Shown here: in pieces, positions 1-10,125 of the stretch | How positions within the stretch are numbered: the stretch's first letter is position 1 | How the letters are laid out: every line of letters starts with the position of its first letter | Source: Candidatus Geohabitans tengchongensis | GTDB taxonomy: Bacteria > Sysuimicrobiota > Sysuimicrobiia > Sysuimicrobiales > Humicultoraceae | Direction: 5' to 3' | Assembly (NCBI GenBank): GCA_031459625.1 | Contig: JAVKIH010000009.1 | Location: 22,339 to 86,338 of the forward strand | DNA: 64,000 nt | The notes under the pieces: model-generated | Databases searched by the model: none | What the model saw: only the letters and a program-made list of their open reading frames with translations | Told to the model about the DNA's origin: nothing | Made by a program: the position numbers and the translations under genes

Positions 1-1
1 T

Positions 2-1162
2 GCGCGGACCCTGCTCTTCTTCAACCACTACGACATCGCCACCTACACCAACCCGATCGAGCGGCGGCCAGGGGACCGGGACCCCTTCTCGGGCGCCGTG
101 GAGGGGGAGCGCCTCTACGCCCGCGGGGTGGCCGACGACAAGGCCACGCTCCTCTCCCGCATCCACGCGGTGCGCCTCTGGCACGAGGCGAATGGGACGC
201 TGCCGGTGACCGTGAAGTTCCTGCTGGAGGGCAAGCGCGGGTTAGCCACCGACGGGCTTGGGCGCTTCCTCGCCCGGGCCTTCCCCCGGGTCGCGGCCGA
301 CGCCTGCTGCTGGGAGGCGGGGGCCAAGGACGAGGCGGACCGCCCGGTGATCACCCTCGGCCACAAGGGGCAGCTCTACGTCGAGTTGCGGTGCCGCACC
401 GCCAACGGCGACTACCCCTCCCGCCTAACCGCCCTCCCCAACAGCGCGTGGCGGCTGGTATGGGCGCTCGCCTCGCTCAAGGATCCGGACGAACGTGTCC
501 GCCTGCCGGGCTTCTACGACCGGGTCCGGCGGCCCGGCCCTGCCGAGGAGGAGTGGTGCTACCGGCACCTCCCCGCCGACGTCTCCGGCTTGCGGGCGAG
601 CACCGGGGTCAGGGCGTTCGTCGCCGGGCTGGACGGCCAGCGCGTCATGCGGTTCACCTACACCGAGCCGACGGTAGGGCTCTGCGGGCTGGCGGCGGGG
701 GAGGCCGGCCCGGCCCACCGGCTCGTCATCCCCGGCGAGAGCCGCGCCCACGTCGAGTTCCGCCTGGTGCCGGATCAGGATCCCGAGGAGGTGCTCACCA
801 GCCTGCGGGCCCACCTGGACCAGGGAGGCTTTCCCGACATCACCCTCGAGGTGCGCAGCATGCTCCCGCCCTACACCACCGACCCTGACGGCCCGCTCCC
901 GCGGCTGGTTGGGGAGGCTGCCGAAGAGGTCTATGGCCGGCGTCCGGTGTTGGTCCCCTTCGCCACCGGCATCGGCCACCGCTACCTCTTCCGGCGCTAC
1001 AGCTCCATGCCGATCGTGGGGTTCGCGGTAGGGTACGCCGGCTCGGCGCTGGAGACCAACGACGAGCACATCCGCCTGCGGGACTACGACGAGGGGATCC
1101 GCCACGTCCTGGCGATCCTGGCGCGGGCACCGACGCTCCCCGCGGTCGGGGGGGAGGGGTAG
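2..1162 (+). CDS. M20 family peptidase-like protein, 5' truncated by window edge, non-canonical active site
   Basis: Frame open from base 2 (ARTLLFFNHYDIA) into ORF 98..1162; motifs NHYD, ARGVADDK, CWEAG, NSAWRLVWAL, FRLVPDQDP; EGEEE replaced by EGKRG. Confidence 0.9.
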   Translation, partial: ARTLLFFNHYDIATYTNPIERRPGDRDPFSGAVEGERLYARGVADDKATLLSRIHAVRLWHEANGTLPVTVKFLLEGKRGLATDGLGRFLARAFPRVAADACCWEAGAKDEADRPVITLGHKGQLYVELRCRTANGDYPSRLTALPNSAWRLVWALASLKDPDERVRLPGFYDRVRRPGPAEEEWCYRHLPADVSGLRASTGVRAFVAGLDGQRVMRFTYTEPTVGLCGLAAGEAGPAHRLVIPGESRAHVEFRLVPDQDPEEVLTSLRAHLDQGGFPDITLEVRSMLPPYTTDPDGPLPRLVGEAAEEVYGRRPVLVPFATGIGHRYLFRRYSSMPIVGFAVGYAGSALETNDEHIRLRDYDEGIRHVLAILARAPTLPAVGGEG

Positions 1163-1164
1163 GT

Positions 1165-2523
1165 ATGCGCACCCGCACCGGCGCGGTCGATGCGTACATC
1201 AGCGGGGGGATGGCGCAGTGGATGTCGGAACTCGCGGAGTTCTGCGCCTTCCCCAGCGTCGGCGACCGGTCGGAGGCGATGCACGCCGCGGCGCAGTGGC
1301 TGGTCCGGCGGCTGGCCGCCGCGGGGCTGGCCGCGCGCCTGCTGGCGGTCACGGACGGGTTCCCCGCGGTCTACGCCGAGGCGCCCGGCCGCTCCCCGCG
1401 CACCGTGCTCTTCTTCAACCACTACGACATCGCCGCCTACACCCACCCGCTGCCGCGGGACCTGTTGCAGGTCCCCGTCAGGCTGGCCGCAGACCGGCTC
1501 TTCGCCCGCGGGGTGGCGGACGACAAGGGGTGCTGCTTCTCGCGGATCGTGGCCGTGGAGGCGCTCCTGCGCACCCACGGGCGCCTGCCGGTGGGGGTGA
1601 AGTTCCTCATCCTCGGCAAGCGGGTCCCCAACGATCCCTGTCTGGATGACGTCCTCGCCCGCTACCCCGAGGTCCTGGCCTGTGACGCGGTGATCTGGGA
1701 GACGGGAGCGAAGGACGAGCGCGACCGTCCCACCGCGTCCCTGGGCGCCAAGGGATACCTCTACGTGGAGCTGGTGGTGCGGAACCCGGCCGGGGCCCAA
1801 CCCTCGCGCATCAGCATCCTGCCCAACCCGGCCTGGGACCTGGTCTGGGCCCTGAGCACGCTGAAGGGCCCGGACGAACGCATCCGCGTCCCCGGCTTCT
1901 ACGACGACGTCCTCCCCCCTACGCCCGCGGACCTGGAGGTCCTGGCCGTTCTGGGCGAAGACCTGGACGAGCGCGTCGCGCGGCGGATGGGCGCACCGCG
2001 CTTCGTGCTGGGGTGCCGGGGGCTCGAGGCGGCTCGCCGCTGGTTCTTCGAACCCTCCTGCACAGTCTGCGGCCTCGTGGGCGGGGAGACCGGTTCGGAG
2101 GAGCGGCTGGTCATCCCCGCGGAGGCCCGGGCCAAGGTGGAGTTCCGGCTGGTGGCCCGGCAGGACCCGGCGGACATCGCCCGGAAGGTGCGGGCCCACC
2201 TCGACCGGGAGGGGTTCGGGCACGTCGAGATGGTTGTGCGCTCCCAGACCACCCCGTACCGGACACCGGCGAACGACCCCCTCGTTCGGGCAGCCCAGCG
2301 GGCAGCCCTGCAGGTCTACGGGCAGCCCCTGGTGATCCGTCCCACCTCGGTGGGGATGAGCCCCAAGTACCGGTTTGCTCCCCGCCCGACCCTGGGCATT
2401 GGGGTCGAGTACGCCGGTTCGGCGATGGAGATGCCGGACGAGCACATCCGGCTCGAAGACTGGGAGCAGGGCGCGCGCATGGTGGCTGCTGTGCTGGAGG
2501 CGTACGCGGAGGAGTCGGGATGA
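1165..2523 (+). CDS. M20 family peptidase-like protein, paralog of upstream gene, non-canonical active site
   Basis: FFNHYD, ARGVADDKG, IWETG, NPAWDLVWAL; EGEEE replaced by LGKRV; SD-like GGAGG upstream. Confidence 0.9.
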   Translation: MRTRTGAVDAYISGGMAQWMSELAEFCAFPSVGDRSEAMHAAAQWLVRRLAAAGLAARLLAVTDGFPAVYAEAPGRSPRTVLFFNHYDIAAYTHPLPRDLLQVPVRLAADRLFARGVADDKGCCFSRIVAVEALLRTHGRLPVGVKFLILGKRVPNDPCLDDVLARYPEVLACDAVIWETGAKDERDRPTASLGAKGYLYVELVVRNPAGAQPSRISILPNPAWDLVWALSTLKGPDERIRVPGFYDDVLPPTPADLEVLAVLGEDLDERVARRMGAPRFVLGCRGLEAARRWFFEPSCTVCGLVGGETGSEERLVIPAEARAKVEFRLVARQDPADIARKVRAHLDREGFGHVEMVVRSQTTPYRTPANDPLVRAAQRAALQVYGQPLVIRPTSVGMSPKYRFAPRPTLGIGVEYAGSAMEMPDEHIRLEDWEQGARMVAAVLEAYAEESG

Positions 2524-3335
2524 TCGTGCGCGAGGAGGATGGGCGGTGGCTGCTGATCCGCCAGGTCGACCACGCAGCGCTGGCGGGGGACCTGGCGCGG
2601 CACTGGGGGAATGAGACTTTCGAGCGGCCGGAGCCCCACGCGTCCGTGGTGATCGCTGCGACCATGCACGACGAGGGGTGGCGGGAACAGGACGCATTGC
2701 CCCGGTACGACGCCACCCGGGCCGGCCCGCTGCACTGGCGTGACATCCCGGTCCAGGAGCACGTCGCCTTCTACGCCGTCGGGATCGAGCGGACGGTGGC
2801 CCGGGACCCCTACGCCGGGTTGCTGGCCAGCATGCACGGGGCGGGGATCTACACGCAGCGCTACGGGACCTTTCCCGTCTACATGACGACGATCACGCCC
2901 GAGGCCCGTCCTTGGATCGAGACCTTCATCCGGGATCAGGAGGCGCTCCAGGCGGAACTGAAGCGCCGGCTGTGGAGCCCCCGGGAGCGCCGCAGCCGCT
3001 TCGAGCGGCAGCTGTGGACGAACTACGAATGGCTGCAGATCTACGACCGCCTCTCGCTCTTCCTCTGTCTGCATGACCTGCGGGGGGCGGTACAGGACCG
3101 GCTGGGCCCCACGCCGCTCGGCATCGACGCCCCGACGGTGGAGCTGACGGTGGCGGCGCTGGGCGACGATGTGGTGGTGGTCGAGCCCTGGCCCTTCGAC
3201 GTCGCCGAGGTGACGGTGGCCCTACCGGTCCGGCGTATCCCTCGCCGCCCCTATGCCGACCTGGCCGACCTCCAGGGCACGGTGGGGGCGGCGGCGGAGG
3301 AGTCCATCCGGGCCTGGCTCGTCCCGCAGGCATGA
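2520..3335 (+). CDS. DUF3891 family (HD-like) protein
   Basis: ATGA overlap with upstream stop; N-terminus MIVRE..LLIRQVDHAALAGDLARHWG and HDEGW motif typical of DUF3891. Confidence 0.8.
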   Translation: MIVREEDGRWLLIRQVDHAALAGDLARHWGNETFERPEPHASVVIAATMHDEGWREQDALPRYDATRAGPLHWRDIPVQEHVAFYAVGIERTVARDPYAGLLASMHGAGIYTQRYGTFPVYMTTITPEARPWIETFIRDQEALQAELKRRLWSPRERRSRFERQLWTNYEWLQIYDRLSLFLCLHDLRGAVQDRLGPTPLGIDAPTVELTVAALGDDVVVVEPWPFDVAEVTVALPVRRIPRRPYADLADLQGTVGAAAEESIRAWLVPQA

Positions 3336-5731
3336 CGACGGGGACGGCCGGACGCTACGTCGGGCAGTCGGTGCGCCGCATCGACGGGGCCGCACTGGTC
3401 ACGGGACAGGCGCGCTTCGTTGGCGACCTGTCCTTCCCTGGGCTCCTCCACGTCGCCATCCTGCGCAGTCCCCACGCCCACGCCCGCATCCGGCGGGTCG
3501 AGACCGCCGCCGCCGTCGCCATGCCCGGCGTGGTCGCCGTCCTGTCCGGCGAGGATGTCCGCCGCCACCTCGACCCCATCCCGCACCGCGTCGACCCTGC
3601 GTCGGTCGGGGGCCGCAGCGCGGAGGTCTGGGCGCTCGCGCCTGAGGAGGTCCTCTACGCGGGGCAGGGCGTGGCCGCGGTGGCCGCCGAGACCCTGGAG
3701 CAGGCGCGGGCTGCGCTGGCCCGCATCAGGGTGGCATACGAGCCGCTGCCCGTCGTGCTCGACGCCGAGGAGGCGTTGCGACCGGACGCGCCGCGGGTCG
3801 TGGAGGGATGGCCGGACAACGTCCTCCTGGCCGGGCAGATCCGTCACGGCGACGTCGAGGGGGCCATGGCGCGCGCCCACCGGGTGGTGCGGGCGACCAT
3901 CCGGATCCACCGCTACTCCACCCAGCCCCTGGAGCCCCGCAGCTACCTGGCCGTCCCCGATCTCCTGGGGGACGCGCTGATCCTCTACGCGACCACGCAG
4001 AACCCCCATCAGCTCCGGCACATGCTGGCGCGGACCTTGCGCCTGCCTGAGCACCGGCTGCGCATCATCGTGCCGCGCCTGGGTGGAGCCTTCGGGCTGA
4101 AGATGATTGGGCACCCCGAGGAGTCGCTGGTCTGCCTGTTCGCCCTCCTCACGCGGCGGCCGGTCCGATGGGTGGCCAGCCGGGAGGAGGAGCTGCTCAT
4201 CGGCGGTCGGGAGCAGGTGCACCACATCGAGGTGGGGTGCACGGCCGAGGGGCGCATGGTGGCCTTCCGCGACCGCTTTGTCGCCAACGTCGGCGCCCCC
4301 TACCCCACGCCTGGCTGGGGGATGGCGCCGCTCACCGCAGCCACCCTGCCCGGCGTCTACGACGTGCAGGACGTGGACATCGCCTACACGCTGGTGGCCA
4401 CCCACAAGGGTCCTTGGACGGCATCGCGCGGGTACGGCAAGGAGGCGGCCACGGTGGTGATGGAGCGGGTCGTGGATCTGGTGGCGAGGGCGTGCGGCCT
4501 CGACCCGGTGGACGTCCGCCTGCGCAACCTCATTGCCCCCGACGCCTTCCCCTACCGCACCGCCACCGGGCTGGTCCTCGACAGCGGCGACTACCCGGCG
4601 TTGCTGCGGCGCGTCCTCGACATGGCCGGCTACGAGCGGCTGCGGGAGGCGCAGGCCCGGCTGCGCGCCCACGGTCGGTGGTTCGGGGTGGGCGTGGCGA
4701 TGGAGCTCACTCCTGAAGGCGGCAGCCTCCCGCGGTCCCTGGTGGCCGGGTACGACAGCGCCACCGTGCGTGTCGCCCCGTCCGGGGCGGTGACGGTCCT
4801 CACCGGCGTGACCAGCCCGGGCACTGGCAACGAGACGGCGATGGCCCAACTCGTGGCCGAGGAACTGGGCGTTCCACCCGAGACCATCCGGGTGGTGCAG
4901 GGCGACACGGACCTGTGCCCCTACGGCTTTGGCACCTACAGTGGCCGCAGCGTCATCGCCGGAGGCACAGCCGCGGTGCTGGCGGCACGGGAGGTGCGGG
5001 CGAAGATGGCGCAGGTGGCGTCGGCGCTGCTCGGGGCGCCCCCGGACGTCCTGCGCTTCCGCGACGGACGGGTCGAGGTCGACGCCCGTCCCATCCACGA
5101 CCACCGGCCCCGGAGCGTCGCCTTTGGCGAGGTCGCCTACGTGGCCCACGCGCAGGCCTACGACCTGGCCCGGATGATCGAGCCGCCGCTCGAGGCCACC
5201 CGCACCTACCGTCCGCCCACCATCAGCCACCGGCCGGACGCCCACGGACGGATCAACCCCTATCCTACGTACTCGGCCTGCGCGTACGTGGTCGCCGCAG
5301 AGGTGGACCCGGAGACAGCGGTCGTGCAGGTGCGGCAGGTCAGCGCCGTGCACGATGCCGGCGTGGTGGTCAACCCGGCGCTGGTGGCGGGGCAACTGCG
5401 CGGGGCCGTGGCCATGGGGCTGGGCGGGGCGTTGAGCGAGGAGGTCCGCTACGCTCCGGACGGGACGCGGCTGACCACTTCGCTGGGGGACTACCGCATG
5501 CTCCGGGCCCCCGACCTGCCGCCCATCGTCGTGGACCATCGGGTCACGCCCAGCCCTCACACCCTGCTGGGCGTGAAGGGGGGCGGAGAGGCGGGGGTGG
5601 GCGGGGCGGCCGCGGCCCTGATGAATGCCGTGGCCGACGCGCTGGCGCCGCTCGGGGTCGACGTGCTGGCGCTGCCGCTCCGTCCCGATGCCCTCTGGCA
5701 GGCCATGCAGAGCGCCAGGCACCGACGATGA
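3332..5731 (+). CDS. Xanthine dehydrogenase/CoxL-family molybdopterin-binding large subunit
   Basis: RSPHAHARI, TQNPH, GGAFG, GTYSGRS, KGGGEAG motifs; active-site loop ASRGYGK. Confidence 0.93.
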   Translation: MTTGTAGRYVGQSVRRIDGAALVTGQARFVGDLSFPGLLHVAILRSPHAHARIRRVETAAAVAMPGVVAVLSGEDVRRHLDPIPHRVDPASVGGRSAEVWALAPEEVLYAGQGVAAVAAETLEQARAALARIRVAYEPLPVVLDAEEALRPDAPRVVEGWPDNVLLAGQIRHGDVEGAMARAHRVVRATIRIHRYSTQPLEPRSYLAVPDLLGDALILYATTQNPHQLRHMLARTLRLPEHRLRIIVPRLGGAFGLKMIGHPEESLVCLFALLTRRPVRWVASREEELLIGGREQVHHIEVGCTAEGRMVAFRDRFVANVGAPYPTPGWGMAPLTAATLPGVYDVQDVDIAYTLVATHKGPWTASRGYGKEAATVVMERVVDLVARACGLDPVDVRLRNLIAPDAFPYRTATGLVLDSGDYPALLRRVLDMAGYERLREAQARLRAHGRWFGVGVAMELTPEGGSLPRSLVAGYDSATVRVAPSGAVTVLTGVTSPGTGNETAMAQLVAEELGVPPETIRVVQGDTDLCPYGFGTYSGRSVIAGGTAAVLAAREVRAKMAQVASALLGAPPDVLRFRDGRVEVDARPIHDHRPRSVAFGEVAYVAHAQAYDLARMIEPPLEATRTYRPPTISHRPDAHGRINPYPTYSACAYVVAAEVDPETAVVQVRQVSAVHDAGVVVNPALVAGQLRGAVAMGLGGALSEEVRYAPDGTRLTTSLGDYRMLRAPDLPPIVVDHRVTPSPHTLLGVKGGGEAGVGGAAAALMNAVADALAPLGVDVLALPLRPDALWQAMQSARHRR

Positions 5732-6588
5732 CCGCCCCCGTCTACCACGCCCCCGCGACGCTGGAGGAGGCTCTCGCCCTCCTGGGGGCCTGCGGGGACG
5801 AGGCCGCCATCGTCGCCGGCGGCCAGGAGGTGGTCCCGCTCCTCACGGCCGGACGGATCGCCCCGCGGATGCTCGTCGACCTCCGTCGGCTCGACGCCCT
5901 CACGGGGATCACCGAGGAGCCCGATACGCTCAGGCTCGGTGCCCGGGTCACCCACCGCGAGATCGCCTCCAGTCCGGTGGTGCGCGGTCGGTGGAGTCTG
6001 CTGACCCAGGCCGCTGCGGCAATCGGCGGCGGTGTCCAGGTGCTGAACCGCGGGACGCTCGGCGGTGCCCTCTGCGCCGCGCACCCCGCGTACGACTACG
6101 CTCCCTGCCTGGTAGCCCTCCAGGCGGTGGTGGTGCTGGCCAGTGCGCGGGGCCGTCGTTCTCTCCCGGTGCAGACGTTCTTCACGGGGGCGGGAAGGAC
6201 CGCACGGCGGCCGGATGAGCTCCTCCTCGAGGTCCGCATCCCTGCACCGCCTCCGCCGACGACGGCCGCCTACCGGAAACTCCGTGCGGTCTGGGGCGGG
6301 CCGGGCGTGGTCAACGCCGCCTGCCTGGTGCGGCGGGAAGGCGACCGTCTGGTCGACATCCGGCTCACCGTGGGGGCCGTTGAGGAGACACCCGTGGTCG
6401 TCTCGCTGGACCACCTCAGGGGTGCGCCGCCCGATGCGGTCCCCGAGCGCGCGGCAGAGGCCGCGCAGGACCTCGTCCGCCATCCCATCGAGGATGCGGC
6501 TGCCGGGGCAGCGTACCGTCGCGCCATGGCCGGAGTCATGGCCCGGCGGGCCGTTGCCGCCGCGATGACGGCGAGGGAGAGCCCGTGA
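5728..6588 (+). CDS. Xanthine dehydrogenase/CoxM-family FAD-binding subunit
   Basis: ATG at 5728 (ATGA overlap); YHAPATLEEAL, AGGQ, NRGTLGG motifs. Confidence 0.9.
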   Translation: MTAPVYHAPATLEEALALLGACGDEAAIVAGGQEVVPLLTAGRIAPRMLVDLRRLDALTGITEEPDTLRLGARVTHREIASSPVVRGRWSLLTQAAAAIGGGVQVLNRGTLGGALCAAHPAYDYAPCLVALQAVVVLASARGRRSLPVQTFFTGAGRTARRPDELLLEVRIPAPPPPTTAAYRKLRAVWGGPGVVNAACLVRREGDRLVDIRLTVGAVEETPVVVSLDHLRGAPPDAVPERAAEAAQDLVRHPIEDAAAGAAYRRAMAGVMARRAVAAAMTARESP

Positions 6589-7124
6589 GCGGCCCGGCAG
6601 GGGGCTCGGGGGTGTCGATCCGCCTGACCGTGAACGGACAGGAGCGGGAGGTGGTCGTCGACACCCGCTGGTCGCTGCTGCAGCTACTGCGGGAGGGACT
6701 GGGGTTGGCGGGGACCCGCTTCGGCTGTCTCACCGGGCACTGCGGTGCGTGCACCGTCCTGCTGGGAGGCCTCGCCGTGAAGGCCTGCACGGTGCTGGCC
6801 GCCTCTGCGGAGGGGCAAGAAGTGGTCACGGTCGAGGGGCTGGCCACCGAGGGACGTCTCCATCCCCTGCAGCAGGCCTTCTGGGAGCACCACGCGCTGC
6901 AGTGCGGCTACTGTACCCCCGGCATGATCCTCACCGCCCTCGACCTGCTGCGCCGTTCCCCGGCCCCCGCAGCAGCAGAGATCCGGATGGGCCTGGCCGG
7001 GACGCTCTGCCGGTGCACCGGATACGACGCCATCGTGGAGGCTGTGCTGGCGGCCGCCCGCGCCATGGCCGGCGCTCAGGCGCCCGCGACGCGGACAGCG
7101 ACGCCCCCAGCGGGATGGCCATGA
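6585..7124 (+). CDS. (2Fe-2S)-binding small subunit (CoxS family)
   Basis: GCLTGHCGACTVL and QCGYCTPG...CRCTGY cysteine motifs. Confidence 0.95.
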   Translation: MSGPAGGSGVSIRLTVNGQEREVVVDTRWSLLQLLREGLGLAGTRFGCLTGHCGACTVLLGGLAVKACTVLAASAEGQEVVTVEGLATEGRLHPLQQAFWEHHALQCGYCTPGMILTALDLLRRSPAPAAAEIRMGLAGTLCRCTGYDAIVEAVLAAARAMAGAQAPATRTATPPAGWP

Positions 7125-7966
7125 AGATCTGGTTCCAGAAGCACATCGTCTCGGGACGCCTTCCAGCGCTCGATCGGGCGTACGCGGCGCACTTCCGCCG
7201 CGTGGCCCGGCCAGGCACCGAGGTACACCTCTACACCCTCCCGCCGGACACCTATGCGGGCGCCCTGCCCGAGCCGCTGGTGCGCACGCATGCCGTGGAA
7301 TCGCTCTTCGCAGGGTACTTCGCGCTCCAGGCGCTGCGGGCGGAGCGGGCCGGGTACGACGCCTTCGTCATCGGGACGAGCCAGGACCCCGGCCTGGCGG
7401 AGGCGCGGGCCTGGGCGCGCATCCCCGTCCTCGGGTTCGGCCAGGTGGCTGCGCACGTCGCCGGTGTCCTGGGCGCGCGCTTCGGCCACGTCGGCTTCAT
7501 CGCTGAGCTGGCCGATCCCATTCGGGTCAACCTCCTGCGCGACGGTCTGGCGCACCGCTGGGTCGGGTTTCACCCGCTGGGCGCCGGTCCGCGGGAGTTA
7601 CTGGCAGCGCTCGACGGGGACGCCGCGCCGCTCCGGGAGGCGTTCACGGCCGCCGCACGTGCCGCCATCGCGGCGGGCGCGGAGGTGCTGATTCCCGGCG
7701 ACGGGGTGACCAACGAGGCGCTGGTGGCTGCGGGCCTCGGCGCCGTGGACGGGGTGCCGGTCATCGACGCCAACGGGCTCCTGGTGAAGGCGGCCGAGCT
7801 GTTCGTCGACCTCCGGACGCTCGGGATCGCCACCCCGCCGACCACCGGCTATGCCCACGGCCGCCCGGACGATGCCACGGCGGATCACCTGTTGCGCCTG
7901 TTCGCGCCCAGGGCCTTCACCCTGGGACCAGATCCGACCCTGAGGCCGGAGGAGGGGAGGGAGTGA
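7121..7966 (+). CDS. Asp/Glu/hydantoin racemase family protein lacking cysteines
   Basis: ATG 7121 (ATGA overlap); AERAGYDAFVIGTSQDPGL.EAR..IPVLG, GAEVLIPG, DGVPVID patterns; no Cys in 281 aa. Confidence 0.8.
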   Translation: MKIWFQKHIVSGRLPALDRAYAAHFRRVARPGTEVHLYTLPPDTYAGALPEPLVRTHAVESLFAGYFALQALRAERAGYDAFVIGTSQDPGLAEARAWARIPVLGFGQVAAHVAGVLGARFGHVGFIAELADPIRVNLLRDGLAHRWVGFHPLGAGPRELLAALDGDAAPLREAFTAAARAAIAAGAEVLIPGDGVTNEALVAAGLGAVDGVPVIDANGLLVKAAELFVDLRTLGIATPPTTGYAHGRPDDATADHLLRLFAPRAFTLGPDPTLRPEEGRE

Positions 7967-9225
7967 TGCGCACGCAACGGTCTGTGCTCGTCTGGTGCTC
8001 CATCGTCCTGAGCGCGGTACTGCTCTGGGCCGGTGGTCGGCTTCCGACCATGGGGGCGCCCACCGCGGAGACGGTGACCGTGGGCTTTACGCTGCCGCTC
8101 ACCGGCGCGGCCGCCCGGGAGGGGCAGGAGAGTCTGGAGGGCGCCCAGCTCGCCGTTCGCCTGCTCAACGAGGCCGGCGGGGTCCGCGTGGGTGGGCGCA
8201 CCGTCCGCTTCGAGATCGTCAGCGAAGACGACCGGTGCACCCCGGCCGGGGGGACCGAGGCGGCCAACCGCCTGGTGGCCCGCCGGGTCCAGTTCGTCGG
8301 CGGCAGCTTCTGCAGCGGCGCGGCCGTCGCCCAGCAGCCGGTCTTCGCCCAGGCGCGCATCCCCCAGGTGATCTACGCCTTTGCCACCGACCTGACCGGC
8401 GCGGCGCGACAGCGGGCGGGTGCGGTGCTCTCGGTCCGTCTCGGCCCCCAGGCGGTCATCGAGATGGCCCCGCTGGCCAAGTATGCGGTGACGGTGAACA
8501 ACCACCGCCGCTTCTTCGCCATGGCCCAGAACACCGACTTCGGGCGGTCGATGATCACGGAGTTCCGCCGCGTCCTGGAGCGTCTGGGTGGTCGGCTGGT
8601 GGCCGACCCGGAGTTCTACACCTTTCCCGGGACCACCGACTTCCGCACCATTCTCACCAAGGCGCGCGGGTCGGGAGCGGACGGGCTGGTGGCCATGGGC
8701 CTGGGCGGTGAGATGATCGGCGTCTCGCTGCAGTTCCGTGAGCTCGGACTGGCCATGGGGTTCTACGGGAGCGACCTGTTGGAGGATCCCGCCTACCAGG
8801 ATGCGGTGGGGGAGCGGGCCAACGGCTTCTTCTACCCCTGGGTGTACGACGACGGGGTCGATCTGCGCCGCTTCACCCGTACGGAGCCGGAGCGGATGGC
8901 CCGGGAGATGAGCCTGGCCTTCCTCAACACCCTGCGAAAACGGGCCACGCGCAACCACGGCTGGGGATGGGGCACGATCCACTTGCTGAAGCAGGCGATG
9001 GAGCGCGAAGGCTCCACCGAGCCGGAGCGCGTGATGCGCCGCATCCTCTCGGGCGAGCGTTTCGAACTGCCGCTGGGGACGTACGGGTTCCTGCCCTGTG
9101 GTCAGGCGGACATGCGGGTGGGCGTGGCCACGTACGTCGACGGGCGTCGCACCCTGCTGGTGGACCGCGACTTCGCCGGTCGGCCTCCCGCGGTGTTGAG
9201 CGCCGCCGACCTCTGTCCCCGATAG
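7963..9225 (+). CDS. Branched-chain amino acid-type ABC transporter substrate-binding protein
   Basis: Signal peptide, VGFTLPLTG, EDDRC, GSFCSG, QNTDFG, TDFRTIL (LivK-like). Confidence 0.9.
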   Translation: MMRTQRSVLVWCSIVLSAVLLWAGGRLPTMGAPTAETVTVGFTLPLTGAAAREGQESLEGAQLAVRLLNEAGGVRVGGRTVRFEIVSEDDRCTPAGGTEAANRLVARRVQFVGGSFCSGAAVAQQPVFAQARIPQVIYAFATDLTGAARQRAGAVLSVRLGPQAVIEMAPLAKYAVTVNNHRRFFAMAQNTDFGRSMITEFRRVLERLGGRLVADPEFYTFPGTTDFRTILTKARGSGADGLVAMGLGGEMIGVSLQFRELGLAMGFYGSDLLEDPAYQDAVGERANGFFYPWVYDDGVDLRRFTRTEPERMAREMSLAFLNTLRKRATRNHGWGWGTIHLLKQAMEREGSTEPERVMRRILSGERFELPLGTYGFLPCGQADMRVGVATYVDGRRTLLVDRDFAGRPPAVLSAADLCPR

Positions 9226-9238
9226 GAGGCGAGGGGCG

Positions 9239-10111
9239 CTGGACCTGACCACGGTCCTGCAGTTCGCGGTCAACGGCCTCTTCATCAGCGCGGCCTACGC
9301 GCTGGTGGCCCTGGGCCTGACCTTGATCTTCGGGGTCCTGCACATCGCCGACTTCGCCCAGGGAGCCCTGTACATGCTCGGGGCGTACGTGAGCTTCTAC
9401 GCCACGCACGCCCCGGGCCTGGGCTACTTCGCCTCCGTGCCCGTGGCCATGGGGCTCACGGCGGCGCTGGCGACGCTGAACGGCGCCCTCGTCTACCGCC
9501 CGCTCCAGCGCCACGGGGGCGCGCTGACCTTCATCGCCGCCCTGGGCATCCTGCTCATCCTGCAGAACCTGGCGCTGTGGCTCTTCGGCGGCGACTTCCG
9601 GCTGATCGCCTCGCCCTTCGGCGACGGTAAGATCACCGTCTGGGGGGTCGTCCTCACCCATCACCAGGCGTTCGTCCTGGGGGTGACGGCCCTGCTCGTC
9701 GCGGCCGTGTGGTTCGGGCTGCGGCACACCAAGCCCGGCAAGGCGCTGCGCGCCATGGCGCAGCAGCCGGAGGCTGCACGCCTGGTGGGGATCGACAGCG
9801 CCCGGCTGGGCCTGGTGACGTTCGCCCTGGCGGGCGCGCTGGCCGGGGCCGCAGGGGGGCTCATCTCACCGATCCGGGCGTTCGACCCCCACATCGGGGC
9901 GATTGTGATCCTGAAGTCGTTCGCCATCGTCATCTTCGGGGGGATGGGCAGCGTGCCGGGAGCGATCGTGGGGGCGCTCCTGGTCGGCATGGCCGAGACC
10001 TTCACCGCCGCCTACCTGGCGGCGGAGTTTGCCGACCTGGTCGCCTTTGCCCTGATGATCGTGATCCTCTTCGCCCGCCCCCAGGGGCTGCTGGGGCGGG
10101 TGCCGGCCTGA
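9239..10111 (+). CDS. Branched-chain amino acid ABC permease (LivH-like), probable CTG start
   Basis: Conserved N-terminus DLTTVLQFAVNGLFISAAYALVALGLTLIFG lies upstream of ORF-track start 9305; only CTG at 9239 precedes it, behind GGAGG. Confidence 0.88.
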   Translation: MDLTTVLQFAVNGLFISAAYALVALGLTLIFGVLHIADFAQGALYMLGAYVSFYATHAPGLGYFASVPVAMGLTAALATLNGALVYRPLQRHGGALTFIAALGILLILQNLALWLFGGDFRLIASPFGDGKITVWGVVLTHHQAFVLGVTALLVAAVWFGLRHTKPGKALRAMAQQPEAARLVGIDSARLGLVTFALAGALAGAAGGLISPIRAFDPHIGAIVILKSFAIVIFGGMGSVPGAIVGALLVGMAETFTAAYLAAEFADLVAFALMIVILFARPQGLLGRVPA

Positions 10112-10125
10112 CGGCGCCGGGGATC

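Noticed and set aside
3332..7124. Aerobic CO dehydrogenase (coxLMS)
   Set aside because: Active-site loop ASRGYGK matches neither AYxCSFR nor AYxGAGR and no cox accessory genes are present.
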